Shown: positions 13,601 through 45,427 of the stretch, in pieces
Layout: each line of letters opens with the position of its first letter
How positions within the stretch are numbered: position 1 is the stretch's first letter
DNA from: Lytechinus pictus
Lineage: Eukaryota
Reading direction: 5' to 3'
Assembly (NCBI RefSeq): GCF_037042905.1
Contig: NC_087246.1
Location: forward strand, 15,252,001-15,316,000
DNA: 64,000 nucleotides
Notes under the pieces: model-generated
Database searches by the model: none
Seen by the model: only the letters and a program-made list of their open reading frames with translations
What the model was told of the DNA's origin: nothing
Program-made: the position numbers and the translations under genes

Positions 13601-15713
13601 GATGACTAATAAAATCATTAAAAAGTACAATTTTTTATAAAAATGATGAAGAAAAACAGTAACGTGAGTAACTTTGTAACGTGAGTAACCATCATGTAAT
13701 GTGAGTAACCAGTAAAAATTATGCAGTTAGGTAACATTTTCTGTGTGATGTCAAGTTTTAAGTCTCATGGTGAGTTGTGAAGTTATTTTTGATTAATTAA
13801 AAGCAAAATGAGGGTACACCTCTTTGATGTGACTCTTTGTTCATCAAAATATCAGTGGTCATACAATCACACAAAAAAATTGAATATTAGTAGAAGTATT
13901 CACAATGCGAGAGTGCATTAGTAAGACTTGGTTTCAATTAACCAAACTTTAAAGAGTGTTCGAACAACACATTGAATGTCCTTACCTGTAACCCTATCTA
14001 GGCTGGGGTATTTTGGGAGTTAATATGGCCCAGGGGGGGGGGGCCTCCTAGGCCCCCCTTGAGATCTCGGCCTTTGGCCGCCCGATCACGCCGAAAATTT
14101 GCACGCAGGTTGTCTTGGACATAATCTACAATACTATCAGTAATTTATTTCATGCAAATTGGTATTAAGCAATTATGCTAATTTATGCATAATTAGTAAG
14201 CAAAATCATACTTTTCCCTCTTACTCCCTTATAAAGCTCCAATTGTTCCAATTTTTTGTATAAAATCTCTTTTTGATGTTCCTAGCAATGAATTTTACAC
14301 ACATTATTGAATTTTTAATGACATTTGTGTTGTTAACCATACATGGACAAAATGTAATGTGAGTAACCGTAACGTGAGTAACCATATTATCTGCACCCCA
14401 AGTAAAAACCAAGTGTTCTTTATTTTTTTAATTATGTACAAAGTTTGTCTCCCTTATATACTTCTTTGAAATGGATATAATCAACTTTCATAAAAGCCTT
14501 GTATGAGGAGACTTTTCACTTATGTCGACTTTTCATTTTATGCATGTCCAAATCATGTAACGTGAGTAACCGACACATTCCAAAGATTTGCCAGGAGCAT
14601 AATAAAATTTCCCAAGTTTTGTTTTTATACAAAGGATAGTCAGACTGTGTACTTTGTTGTGATAAAGAGATGTTTAGTTCCTATCAATAATAATGGAGTT
14701 CCAGCTCCAAGTATGAGTCAAGGTGTCTCCAAATGTAACGTGAGTAACCGTGGAATAGCCCATATCAACTTATAGCTTGTTTAATATAGTGACTGAGAAC
14801 TTAGTTTTGCTTTCCATTAACATACATTAATAAGGTCGTTCGTAGCTTTACGAAATATTTTGAACTCGACAAGCACTTTCGATTCATTCATATTATCATT
14901 CTTAGATTTGATCTTGATCTCGTGGTGGTTGATGTACATACGCTAAAATACAAATCTAACACAATTTTCATTGCATCATGTATATTTCTAATTGGTTTCT
15001 GAAATTTGATTTGAATTGAGTGGTTTTCCAGTGTTCCACATCGATTGAAGGGCTATCGGTAAATATTTCCCCTTTTACTAGCTGGTGCATAAAACAGAAA
15101 TATATTTCAATTTCAATGTATTTATCTAATAAAAAATATCAAAGATGATACGCAAACATACACTTTAAAGCAAGATTATAATTTGGCTATGATGTTCATT
15201 AAGAAAATTATTCAACAATTTAACACCACTTCATTACATAATTCCTGAAATATTTGTAACAAATTTTTATTTGGACAATTACATCCTGAATTAGATTTAC
15301 AGAATAGTAAATAGCTTAAGTTATGTCAAGTTATTTATAACAACAATATGAACAAGCATTTTATAATGATAAGTTTTGCTACGTGTTATTTCATGAAGAA
15401 GCAACTCAAATCTAACCATATAATACAAAGTTTAATGATAATTCCTCCATTGCAATAAAGAAGATTCGTAACATAAATAGAAACCAATCTTACCTAGAAC
15501 AGTTCCTCCAGCAGTGTAAGATGATGAGAGGGGAGTCAGGATGAATGGAGGGGTACCTGTCAGGGGTGATCCCGGGTGGCCAGGTATCAGAGTAAAACAG
15601 GCAGAGGTTCCTGCTCCATTAGGAAATCCATAACAATCCTGAATTAAAATACCAAACAAAGTGAGGAACAGGATAGTCCTGATAAATATCGAGCTTTGTG
15701 GTGATGATGCCAT
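595..15713 (-). CDS. Secreted reeler-domain protein (defense protein / FRRS1 / F-spondin-type N-terminal reeler domain), 5' part only; gene continues beyond the left window edge
   Basis: Exons 15713-15494, 1764-1527 and 665-595 join in frame with canonical AG/GT sites (phases 1, 2, 1). They give MASSPQ...(signal peptide)...CYGFPNGAGTSACFTLIPGH...YTAGGTVL|VQLQAQDSSQYRGILLQAR...VGSW...SCSSNGDSITHTSNNNK...FTWIAP...ITF|HATVVIVQTQYYVDIQSS. The motifs PxGA..C..P.H, (F/Y)RG.LLQAR, TH....K, W.AP and F.ATVV are typical of reeler domains. The last exon seen ends in a phase-1 donor with no stop. Confidence 0.88.
3333..3543. mobile_element. Palindromic MITE with CACT...AGTG ends
   Basis: aaaatgaaatgttaaatcaacatttgaaa...ggaggag is mirrored by ctcctcc...tttcaaatgttgatttaacattttcatttt. 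The whole element folds back. Confidence 0.75.
6099..6622. mobile_element. Degenerate non-autonomous DNA transposon (Kolobok-like, TTAA target)
   Basis: Ends agttcaagtcca / tcttgtcct-ttaa. Internal inverted repeats atgcaaatgagagagttgatg / catcagtctcctcatttgcat and cactatttcttttgt / acaaaagaaatagtg. Confidence 0.55.
7238..7449. other. Assembly gap
   Basis: Run of N. Confidence 1.
7450..7632. repeat. (TAG)n microsatellite
   Basis: Long gtagtagtag tract next to the gap. Confidence 0.95.
10765..10983. mobile_element. Short palindromic MITE
   Basis: gggtctcgtcttacaaaggtttacgattgatcagatcaa / ttgatcggatcaatcgaaaatctttgtaaatcgggggccc inverted ends. Confidence 0.6.
13132..14761. mobile_element. Non-autonomous DNA transposon (~1.6 kb) with 4-bp ATAT TSD and 8 internal GTAACGTGAGTAACC repeats
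   Basis: TIRs gggcaattccac / gtggaatagccc, flanked by atat on both sides. A fragment of another element starting taaccctatctaggctgggg is nested at ~13990-14330. Confidence 0.7.
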
Positions 15714-18700
15714 CCCGGTGTGATGATGGTGGTGCTATTGATGGTGGCCAAGAAGGTATAGCTAACGGGACAAAACCCGTGGAAGCAGCGACACTCCTGT
15801 ATAATCTTCCTCCCGTTAAGGAACTAAAGTGGTGTATACAAGTTTGAAGACTACACCATTTGAGTTGGCTTGCTGTAGCTTCCTTTCCTTATGAAATATG
15901 ATCAAAGACACTTGAAAAGCAAGATACCATCCAGTGACGTTTGGTCGTGGATTGTCAGCAGAGGGGTTTAATGTTGTTTGATCAGAAGGAGACGAAATTT
16001 TAAATATTATTTGATGATCTTAAACGGACGGACGGTGTTGCATACACGCCGAGCACTTTCTGGTCGGCCGTCGATTGCTTGATCACGTAATAATGGTATG
16101 TAACGCATCAACAAGTGCGCTACCAGCATCCCCACCCACTCACACTGTGTTTTTTTTTTTATTCACCGCATCGGGACCATTCGCACGCTTCATCAAACCC
16201 AACCTATTCAATTTCGATCTCGAAGGAATTGTCTGAAGAGAGAAGATCCTTGCCGAGTAGCTGGGCGGTCATTCACGGCGATGTTGTCTTTCTATTGTTC
16301 CCATGCTCACACAACGGTTTCTCTCCTGCAACTTTCTATTGTGCTCAACCGAAGCTCATGGGACTCCTCCCACCACTGTTCACCGCCGGACGAGACTCAC
16401 TTGACGTTTTGCATATCAATGGCGCTCCTTTTCCTAACAAGGTCAATCGATTATGTATATAAAAAGGGTTGTTATTGTTATTATCAGTTTGACATTGTTT
16501 CCAGTTCAGCTCGCACGACCTTTCCAAATTCCAATTCATTTTCATGTTTAGATTTATGAGTCAGACTCATTTCGGCTATCACACCAGAGCATCGCCTCAT
16601 TTGGCTCCAACGAAATGCATGACGGTTATTCTATGCACAGAGCAGGAAATGCATTTGTTTTGGCGCTTTTAACTTTCTAACAAATATGAAAATCATTATG
16701 ACAGATTGTCAATGAAGATCATTAATTCACAATCTTTCGTCACTCATATATATATTGATCATGTCATGTACATCATGTTTATAATTTCTTAGTTCCAGAA
16801 TAAGCAACTAAAAAAAATCTTATACAAATTTCTTTAACAGATTAAAATTATTTAACATTAATTCAAACGAGACACAAACAGACCTATTTTTATTTTGATT
16901 TGATTTGATTTATTATTTCTTCTGCATTATATAACATTCGTATACAATACAATTTTCTTTACGTAACAAACATAATTTATCGGTAATTGATTTAGGTATG
17001 AATCATAAAGAAAAAATACAAAATAGAAAAGTCATTCTAAACAAATATGATCTACAACCAACAAAGAAAACATTTACAGTTTGCAGGAGAAGGATTGTCA
17101 TTATAAGCAGATTGCTTGAAAAAAAATGACAGCCCCGAAATAAAACTCATTGAATTAATACATACATTTATTATTCATATACATATATACATTTATTATT
17201 TTGCCCTGTAGGTCTGTATATTTTTAAGATTCTTGATCATCATGATCATGTAATAGTCAAGTATTATGGCCGACATTTTTGGAATATTTTGGTCATAATG
17301 GTATGCGATCTTGAAATCCTATAAATCTTGAAATGTACTCTTTTTAAGATTTCCCATCTTTCATGCCATTTCCCTTTTCTGTATTTTTTGTATTTTGTTT
17401 GTTCTCCAAAATTAGATAAATATTAAGATATAAATGAATATATGATTAGATAGATAAATAAATGAATGATAATAAATTTATGAATAAATAAGTAATTAAT
17501 TAATCAAATAAATAGATAAACATCCCTTCATTCTGGATAACTTGTAACAAACCATAAAAGGCTAAGCTTTGTGCGGGCAAAGAAAATGAGGCAACTTCAC
17601 ATGATTAAAAAAAAATGATAAAGCTTTCTTCCCTCCCTGCAAAAAAAACCGAGCCACACACTATTACGAACATTTCTACAGACTACGGTGGACTTGATTC
17701 TTTTGGACAGCACGTCTACCCGATCTTAACTTGATATGAACTGATTATGGACGAATAAACACGAATGTAGCGATTCGTTGCCGAACTTGCACGTTATTCA
17801 TCATACACGCTCTAAGGACTTCTTTCATGTAATTTTCTTCTCTTTTTTCGGTGGGGGGGGGGGGGTGTGTTGTTGGTAAGGATTGCTGAAAGATGGTGAT
17901 TTGATTATTCTAAAGGGAAGGACGAGGAGGCCTATTTATGTTGCAGAGAGAGATAGGGGAGAGAGAGAGATTAAGGGGTAGAAGAAAGTGAATTAGTTCA
18001 GGCCTGTAACTAGAGGGATATCGCTTCGCTCTCACATCACAGAAAGGCACACTTATTTTTCCAAAAACTTCCCCTTCAAAACTCGTAGTTATTGGCCTGG
18101 AGAGTGATACAAATCGAGTGAGTGAGAGAGAGAGAGCAAAAGAAAGTGAGATTGAGACGGACAGAGATCTCTTTCTGAATAAAATTCCAAGAATAGTGAA
18201 TTGGGTTAAATGATTCGATGAGTCGATCTATGTCCATCTAATTGTCAAAATAAGCATGTCTTCCAACTACCAACCATCTTGAAAGGAAATCAAATCGTGG
18301 TAATGTATGGTTACTGTGCGATGCACAATTTAAAGGTCAAGGTCAATGAACATGTAAAATTATCATTATTATGATTTTAGTGAGATTTGGTAAAAAGCTT
18401 TATGTCAAATCATTAAAAATTGAAATATTTCATATCAGAAATTACCAAATAAGTAATTTAAGTGCGTGACATTGTCGGTTAACCTGATTTGCATACCACC
18501 TTGATGTGAATACATGTATAGCCTATGTGAATAGATGTATAGGCCTATAGTTGATTTGAAATGTTAATTGCTCCGCTTGGTGTTTCTCCAGTGTTGTTGG
18601 AGGACTTGGCTGGGTACAGGGAGGGTATATTTTTTAAAGAAATAAGTTCTGGAGGTAGGATCAATTCAAATAGTTTGGTATGTCGATTGCGACATTTACG

Positions 18701-20041
18701 TAATAATAATATTAAATAATGATAATAAAAATAATAATAGGGTAGCCACTTCAGTTCCGAAAGCTGTTCTCCCAGCGGGCCCTGCTAATATTATTATTAC
18801 CCCATTCTTTCATCATTTTCGACTTAGCATGTCATTTATATGCAGCAGCCATCTGTGTCATTTTCTGTCCTTTTTTGTTTTCAATGAGTCTTTGCTCGAT
18901 TTTATTTGTTCTCGTTCCTTGTTATCAGTACATCTTCGAAAGCACATAGCAGCTATATGTTTTGTCACTTATTTTCATGGGGATCACATTATACAAGATT
19001 TTTTTTTGAGTGATCACCCCCTTCCCTATTTCCACAGACACTCGTATCTTTCTAATTGAAATATGTGTTGTGAATTGTCTCCAAAAATATTTTTTTTCAT
19101 GAATTTCGTTATGTGTTAATTTTCATTTATATGATTGGATGTTATTATACAAAACATGTAATGGTTTCGTATTGTACTTTTTATTGCAAATGAAAGCATA
19201 TTTAAATTTGAAATTTTAATGATTATAGATATGCAATCCGAAAATAGTCTCAAGGCTGTTTTATATCATCAACGTATAGCATTTCTTTTTCTCCCTTCTT
19301 CGTTCAATTCCCTGTTCAAGTATTCTTCCCATCCTTGCCGGCTTGCCCCCTCATTACCTTCCGGCTATATTCCAACTATTCCTTCCCCCACCATCTACAT
19401 CCTCCCCCACTACTCCCCTTTTTCTTCTTCTTCTTCCCCTCCTCTCCACTCTCCCCTTCTTTTTCTTTTTCTTTTTTTCATCTCCCCTTCTTGTTTCTTA
19501 CTTGTTCTCCTTTTGTTTTTTCTCATTCTCCGCCTTCATTTCCTCCTTCAATATATTTGCCCCATCTCGACCCACTTGTCATGACCTCTCCCTCTCTTTC
19601 AATCTTTACTATATTTTCGGCTCAATTGGTCACAAAAGTGCCAGAAGATGGCGCAATTACAAACAACAGCAAGAGCTCTATTCGGCTCTATTAATTGACC
19701 AACACATTCGAGCCTAAATCATGAAATTCATGCGTTTGATTCAGTCGGCCAACAGAGAATCACAAAAATATTTGTGTATATTTGACAATGTTTACATAGT
19801 CTCGGGAAAATGTCTTATACAACTTTTGATTAGTGTACGAAAATATTTGTTTTGTTTTAGATAATCTGACTAAAGGCAAACAAAAATGCTGTGCACGGAC
19901 AAACATGAATGTATGTTAATCAATTCACTGCAGCTCCTGCCCCTTTTCTATAAATTTGTGGAGCGTATATGTTGAACCCCCGGGTTGAACCATGGACCTA
20001 CTACTCTAGGTCCCTGGTTGAACCAAAATGTTAACCACAAT

Positions 20042-20307
20042 CAGGGCCCTGGGAACGATTTTACTGGGGTTGCTGATGAAAATTTAAAAAAAAGAAAAAA
20101 TATTAATAAGGTTTTCGCTTCAAGATAGAAGTCAAATTGGTCCGGAGAAATTTGAAAAGCAAAAGCAAAAAAAAAAAAAGGTTTTCACTACAAAATGAAG
20201 TTAATTTTTATTACATTTTTACACTTATTTTTACACATCTTGCAGAATACATGGGGGTGCTGCCTATGGAGAATATTACACACAGCACCCCGCTTCCCAT
20301 GGCCATG
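20042..20307. mobile_element. hAT-like MITE upstream of PTGR1-A
   Basis: cagggccctgggaa / ttcccatggccatg imperfect TIRs; degenerate 8-bp flanks accacaat / accataaa. Confidence 0.5.
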
Positions 20308-20749
20308 ACCATAAATCTAAATCGACTTCGAAGCCCTCGAAGTCGGTGTAGACCTTCCCATGACAAGAAAGAAAACCTCTAACCCTAAATCCATCACTTA
20401 GGCAAAGATCTGCCCCTGGATGGCGTTTCGTGGGAGTGGTTCAACAACCAAGATATTTGAGAATGGGACTTTGGGTTAGCAAACATAGATTTGATTGCGT
20501 AGATTTCAGCTGAATAATGGTAGTTCCTGATGGTAGTTGGTGGATTGACCTATCATAAGCGTTGCGTCCTTTTGTCGTACACACTGCTGACACACATTCT
20601 GTTTAGTCCAGAGTTCAAGGCAAAAACATTCAACGAAACTCTGCCCCGGAACTCTGCAGACTGACCAACAGCCGGCTATTGACGATTGACCATTGACGAG
20701 TGAACAACTACTGCCGTATCCCTTACTTCAAATCATTAGAAGTCTCAAC

Positions 20750-30665
<9,916 letters not shown>

Positions 30666-31124
30666 GTTTTATCTCCTCTTAAGGACGAGAAAAGAATTCG
30701 TGATCACATAAACGCTGATGTTCGAGTATATTTGAACACCGTTTCCTCGAAAAATAAATGAGGGGCAAATACTGATTTGTAAAAATTATATCAGAAAGAA
30801 GCAGTAGGTCCCAGTTTTTTTTAAGAGGAAGCACCAAAACCACTGTAGGTACGGACATTTTCGTGAGTAGTGATTGTTGTCCCGGAGTGAGAAAAGGGCA
30901 GAATATATACCCACCTAATCTTTTCAGGATCTTAAAGATATTCCTCAAATAGATACAGAATTGAATGGTGCCTTCACTAGCAGGTTGTTGTAAACAAGAA
31001 CCATGACATGCAAATAATTATATTTTTATTTTCCATAATTCGTCCATGGTGGCTAATATTTCTTGAAGTATAGCAATATAAAAAACGAAATAGGGAGATG
31101 ATATACGAAGAAAGAGTACAGCTA

Positions 31125-31372
31125 CACTCTAAAGAATGTTGGTTAAAATGCTCCATGTGGGTAATTATGTGTCCAACCAACATTGGGCATTTCTTTTTGG
31201 CATTTTCATTTATCCAGTGTGATGAACATTTTGCCCATTCTAGAGTAATTGCTGCTTATTTTTAACCTTACTGGACAATATGCTTCCCGCATTGGGTAAC
31301 AATTGCCCAAAATTGGTTGGACACATAATTACCCTCGTGGTGGTAAAATTTTATCCAATATTTTTTACAGTG
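31125..31372. mobile_element. Palindromic MITE (CACT...AGTG ends, TA flanks)
   Basis: gggtaattatgtgtccaaccaa / ttggttggacacataattaccc inverted repeat. Confidence 0.75.
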
Positions 31373-31379
31373 TATTATA

Positions 31380-32006
31380 CAGTGCGTATCAAAAAAAGTT
31401 TACACCAAATTCTGTAAAATTATACATTTGTAATATCCTGAAGATTTTTCCTCATTTTAACATTGGTACAGATCCATTTAATCAAATGACGATATAACTG
31501 TCGAAAAATATTTCGGCTTGAGTGAGCACCACTTACTTTTGAAAAGTTAGTGAAAAATGATTTGCACAGAACCTTGAAATAGTTATGTGAATAAAAGTAG
31601 ACCTTAATCATGAAGAACACGTGGAATATAGCTAGTAGAATTGATTTGAAGGTCTCTTTTACCTTTTTAAACTTGTTTCCTTGCCCAAAACACTTCGAAG
31701 AATGCATTGTGCCTCACCCCACTCCACCACACACCGAGGCCATCGTGACGATATTTGCTTTACACTGAGCTGTGATTTACATGAAATGACTTAGGCTTGA
31801 TTTTCATTTTGTTTATCATTTTCAAGCTTGGGAAAAGTGTGGAGAAACAAGTATTAAATAAAAAATGAAATCTAAACCCACTTAAACTGATAAAAACTTA
31901 GTGAAAAAAATGCTGGAGATGTCTGATAGAAACTTTTGTTCAGATTCAGTTATGTCCTCAGATCCAGCTGGCACAAAAAGTGTAAAATTTTCTTTGATAC
32001 GCACTG
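31380..32006. mobile_element. Tc1/mariner-type MITE, internally deleted relative of the 48829-49809 copy, in opposite orientation
   Basis: ta-cagtgcgtatcaaaaaaagtttacac ... tttgatacgcactg-ta; the body is the reverse complement of ~49210-49770. Confidence 0.9.
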
Positions 32007-33289
32007 TAAAAGAATGATTGTGTCATATTAAAGATTTTTTTCCCGTAAATAGCACACAAAGCTTTACAATAAAGATGAAAATTATCAGACTGCTCATTTT
32101 GTTTATTTTCATCATTTTTTGTTAATTGTTCTTGAAAATTCATACAATTTGCTCCATTAATTATTGTGAAAGTTGTAGTATCATGGTAAATATGTCCACT
32201 ACGAAAAGGGATGGAAAGACAGATGGAAATAGAAAGAGGCCGGGGTGAAGAGGAGAGTAGAGAAAAGATGGAGAGAAAAGTGAGGGGTAGGAGAGCATAG
32301 GAAGATAAAGAGGGATATGAGATGAGGAAATGACTAGAATGGGGAAATGATTAGAATGAATAATTGTGCAATGCAATAACAAAATAGATATTGCACTTTC
32401 TTTCAAAATTTACTTGTTTCGACAGTGAGGTTTTATGGAAATGTCAAACAAATATTGCAAAAATGCAATGTCACTGTTAGCTTATATAAGTCAACATCAG
32501 ATTGCTCATTTTTATTAGGGCCTATGCATTAAGCATTGTTTCACAAATATGGCCCATGAAAATAGATATCATTATAACTCTGTGACATTTCATGTCGATA
32601 ATGATAAACTTAATTGTTTATTTCACTCTTTGAATCGCATTATCTCAATATCTGAGTAGACTACCACCCCCCCCCCTCATAAAGGTCCATCTACATCATG
32701 TACATGTACAGTTTGATCATAGGACAGATGAAATAAAAAGGGAAATGAGGCAAAGTTTCACATTTTGATTTTAATTTCCTTTAATCTGAGCAATCATTAA
32801 ACAAATTGTCTAATATTAAGATGATTATTTAGCATTAAAATTACATCCAGAATTCGATTGGCCCCTAACAAGAAGTCAATCCGGATTTATTTTAAGTACA
32901 CCTCGATGTGACTCAATATCTTACCAAATGGTACTGCGTTGGGATTCGAATCTGGTTCAAAGTTCACAATATATAGCCTACGGCACCTTTTTTGTAAGAT
33001 TATCTCTAGACGTAGGATCTAAGTTGAAGTAAGATTCTACAGTTCTATTAGGAATGGATTATAATTCAAAAGATATTTATCTCATCACGACCGAGATGTA
33101 GGCTGCTTTGGTCGGAGGAAGCCGGATCAGAGGTCGAATGAATGCCCGTCGGGCCGTCTTGACAGAGTCACGTTACTCCGACCTATTCGAAAATCGTTCA
33201 GCCACAAATGCGTTGTCTTTGCCAGATCAGACGTATCGCTTGCGGTCAGCCTGCAGTAGCCTCCGCCTAGATTATAGGCTAGTGAGGTG

Positions 33290-33462
33290 CACACGTACTG
33301 GCCAAGCCAAAATGACTTTCACATATACCGGGTACACATTTAGCACCTGGGTCGAGAGTGGCAAAGTGTGGATTAACGCCTTGCAAAGGACGCCAGACCG
33401 TGGTGGGATTCGAACACACGACCCTCTGTTTACAAGGCGAGAGTAAGAACCACTACACCATG
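33290..33462 (-). mobile_element. tRNA-derived SINE (head and core) ~490 bp upstream of the PTGR1-B start codon
   Basis: Minus-strand atggtgtagtggtt (A box), gttcgaatccc (B box) and a cgacccaggtg core like the SINE at 21406. The 3' boundary is uncertain. Confidence 0.75.
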
Positions 33463-33872
33463 GTAGCGGGAAAAATGCTGAAAAACCCCTTTTCATATTT
33501 TAGTGCTTGAAGGATATTGGATGAACTATCAAATGATAAAAAGTTTGGATGGTGTCATTAATAAGACTTATTTTTGGCGATTTTTTTCAAATCTCATTTT
33601 AACACGAGTCTATGGGGGAAATAGTTTAGTGGTGTGTGCCGTGGAGGTTGCACACAAGTCATGATAAATATAATATCATTTTACTGTGATTTCCATGTTT
33701 ACTGCTGGGAAAATTGAAGTTGAAGACCAGTATCCATCCCTCCCCTGTTCTGTACGTGAACCCTGTTTCGTGACCAATTATCCGCATAATAGACTTTAGA
33801 CCTTTCAAGTTTTCGTATGAGCATGTTTGCATAAATAATGCATGATATGGGCTTCCTGGTCCATTACTACAC

Positions 33873-33879
33873 TATAAAA
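33873..33879 (+). promoter_or_regulatory. Candidate TATA box of PTGR1-B
   Basis: tataaaa ~70 bp upstream of the ATG. Confidence 0.35.
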
Positions 33880-33947
33880 TTTACATTGTAGAAATCTATG
33901 CGATCTGGCAGAACCCCGGACAGAACTTGAACAAATATTCTTGCAAG

Positions 33948-43248
<9,301 letters not shown>

Positions 43249-44049
43249 CTTTTCAGTGCTCACTGATGAATTTTCAGCACCATCTTCGTACAAAAATAAG
43301 GATGGATAATAACTAATATGTGATAGATCTATGAGAAAGCGACAGTTGGTAACAGTTGAAGTTCATGATGAAACCTGACCACCGATGGTAAGACCATCTA
43401 GGGAAGAAGAGGTATACAGTAGATAGCTGTCCCGTACTGAAAGGACATCAAACACAAGCTTAATCTCTCTTCAAGAATATTGTTTGAACCCTTAGAAGGA
43501 TTGAATCATGGATGTAGGACTCGTAATTTATTGATTGAATGATGCCTTCATAATTAGTCTCGAATTATCACATGCATTTAAATGGAGACAAAATACATGG
43601 TCATCATAGTTTGTGTTTCCGCGCATGATAATTGGGCAATGACGACGAAGGAATTAATAGAAATATGGCAATATCTAAAACAATTATTAATTTGTTGGGA
43701 GACTGTTCGAAAAGCAATGACAGCGAATTCAAAAGCGAAGACCTATATCCCAATTATAGAAGCTCATTAGAAGAGGCGGTTAATGAATTTTATCTATCCA
43801 GAAATCACAATTATCTGCACAATAAGGGATCAATTCGAATTTGAGTAAATAAGTTTACATGAGTCCTATTTTAAATAATTCTCGGTTGTTGAATTTTACA
43901 AAGTTATTCAGCTGAAATACATTTACACCTAGGAATATAAGAGGATACAGAAACCTTTATTGTAGATTTTTAAAATGTAACGGAATATATGACTTATGAG
44001 TAAAAGTATTTATGATGGACGCCCCCTGTTTTATATATTAAAGTCGCAA

Positions 44050-44520
44050 TCATTCATCGAATGTCCTTCGTTCTATGCTGACGATACAAGCTTTATATAT
44101 TCTAATAAAACTATTGATTAATTCTGCAAATTTGCGATCACTGAATTTTGACACTGGCTCAGTGGGATATTAACTTACGACTTGTCATGAAAATTTGTAA
44201 TCAAATGATATTTCTAAACTCCACAAGGCACGTTCGTTTCGATCACATAAAAACTAAATGAAAATATTATCCCCATATAGTTAAAGCGACAATATGTTTC
44301 TTAGTATTATTAATGATAGAGTAGATAAGCATTTGAGATCAAAATCTCGAAAAGCATTAACATTTATTATACTCGTAACGTCTACGTTTATATCTTCCAA
44401 GAAGTGTATTACTTACATTATACATTATTGTTCTTTCATATATTGCCTTAACTTTCTTACTGTAATGTAGTTTGGTAAACATATACGAAAGCCATCTTCA
44501 GTAATTTCAAAAATATGTTT
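44050..44520 (+). mobile_element. Highly degraded LINE reverse-transcriptase remnant
   Basis: ttctatgctgacgatacaagc (YADDT-like), followed by decayed RT C-terminal-like sequence with many stops. Confidence 0.45.
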
Positions 44521-45370
44521 TCTTCAAATTAAAATAACATGTTTTTTCCGCAGCTAATGAAGTGCAGTTTTAGATTACTTTACCAATTCTACAATATAAT
44601 AAGAGCTGTGTACTTCCGACTTCGCATGACTGTTGCATGTTTAATATTGTATAACTCTATTCATGGTGATGACTATGCTGAATATATTCATGCCCGCATC
44701 ACAAAACACTTGCTCGCCTCTAGTTCCTTCTTCTTCCTTTTCTCTGATTTCCCTTCTGTTAGCCCTTCTATTTTTATAAATTCATTTTATTATTTTTACT
44801 TTGTATTTCTTACTTTTTACATTGAATTCTTGTTTCGTTAAAATCTTACATGCACAAGCATATCCTTCACAACGCCTTCTTCCGTACATATAATTTATAC
44901 TGTATTCATCTTCATTTTTCTACTTTTAATATTATTTTATATGAAAGAAGATCTACATATTATTATATGATATTAGTATAATCACGATTATATTGAAAAT
45001 TATGCATTTTTGTGTCGGAAGCCGATTTAAAAAATAAACATAAAACTGCACAATAAAATGGAAGAGATAAGACTGCTTACTTTGTGTTATAGTAATCATG
45101 ATGGTTTGTTTCTTAAATAATTACTCATGGAAAGGAGTTTGTTGAGGGATAGAAGGGGGAGTTGAAAAGTAAAGAGGAAGATAGAGAGGGGGAGAGGGAG
45201 ATGTGAGAATGGAAAAGATAGATCAAGAGCCTGGGGAGATAGAGATGATGAAAATGATGAATATGATTTAGAATCAAGGCTATATATATGCAATACATTT
45301 ACAAAAGAAATATAGTACACACTTTCTCTACAATTTTACTTGTTTCGATATACCGAGATTTTTATGAAAC

Positions 45371-45427
45371 GTCTAGAAATATGTTACAAAACTGCAATCA
45401 CTGCAGTTTTGTAACATATTTCTAGAC
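45371..45427. repeat. Perfect 26-bp-stem hairpin
   Basis: gtctagaaatatgttacaaaactgca-atcac-tgcagttttgtaacatatttctagac. Confidence 0.95.

Noticed and set aside
13493-14749. Repeated 15-mers resembling a CRISPR array
   Set aside because: Eukaryotic context, irregular spacing from 0 to over 600 bp, no cas genes, and enclosed by transposon TIRs.
19219-19717. Overlapping Pro/Ser/Phe-rich ORFs
   Set aside because: Translation of a pyrimidine-rich low-complexity tract.
20660-20705. Cluster of TGAC half-sites upstream of PTGR1-A as a possible Nrf2 antioxidant response element
   Set aside because: None fits the TGACnnnGC consensus exactly.
31420-31707. Near-identical ORFs at 31420-31707 (-) and 49438-49761 (+)
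   Set aside because: Both lie in copies of the same non-coding MITE; no transposase motifs.
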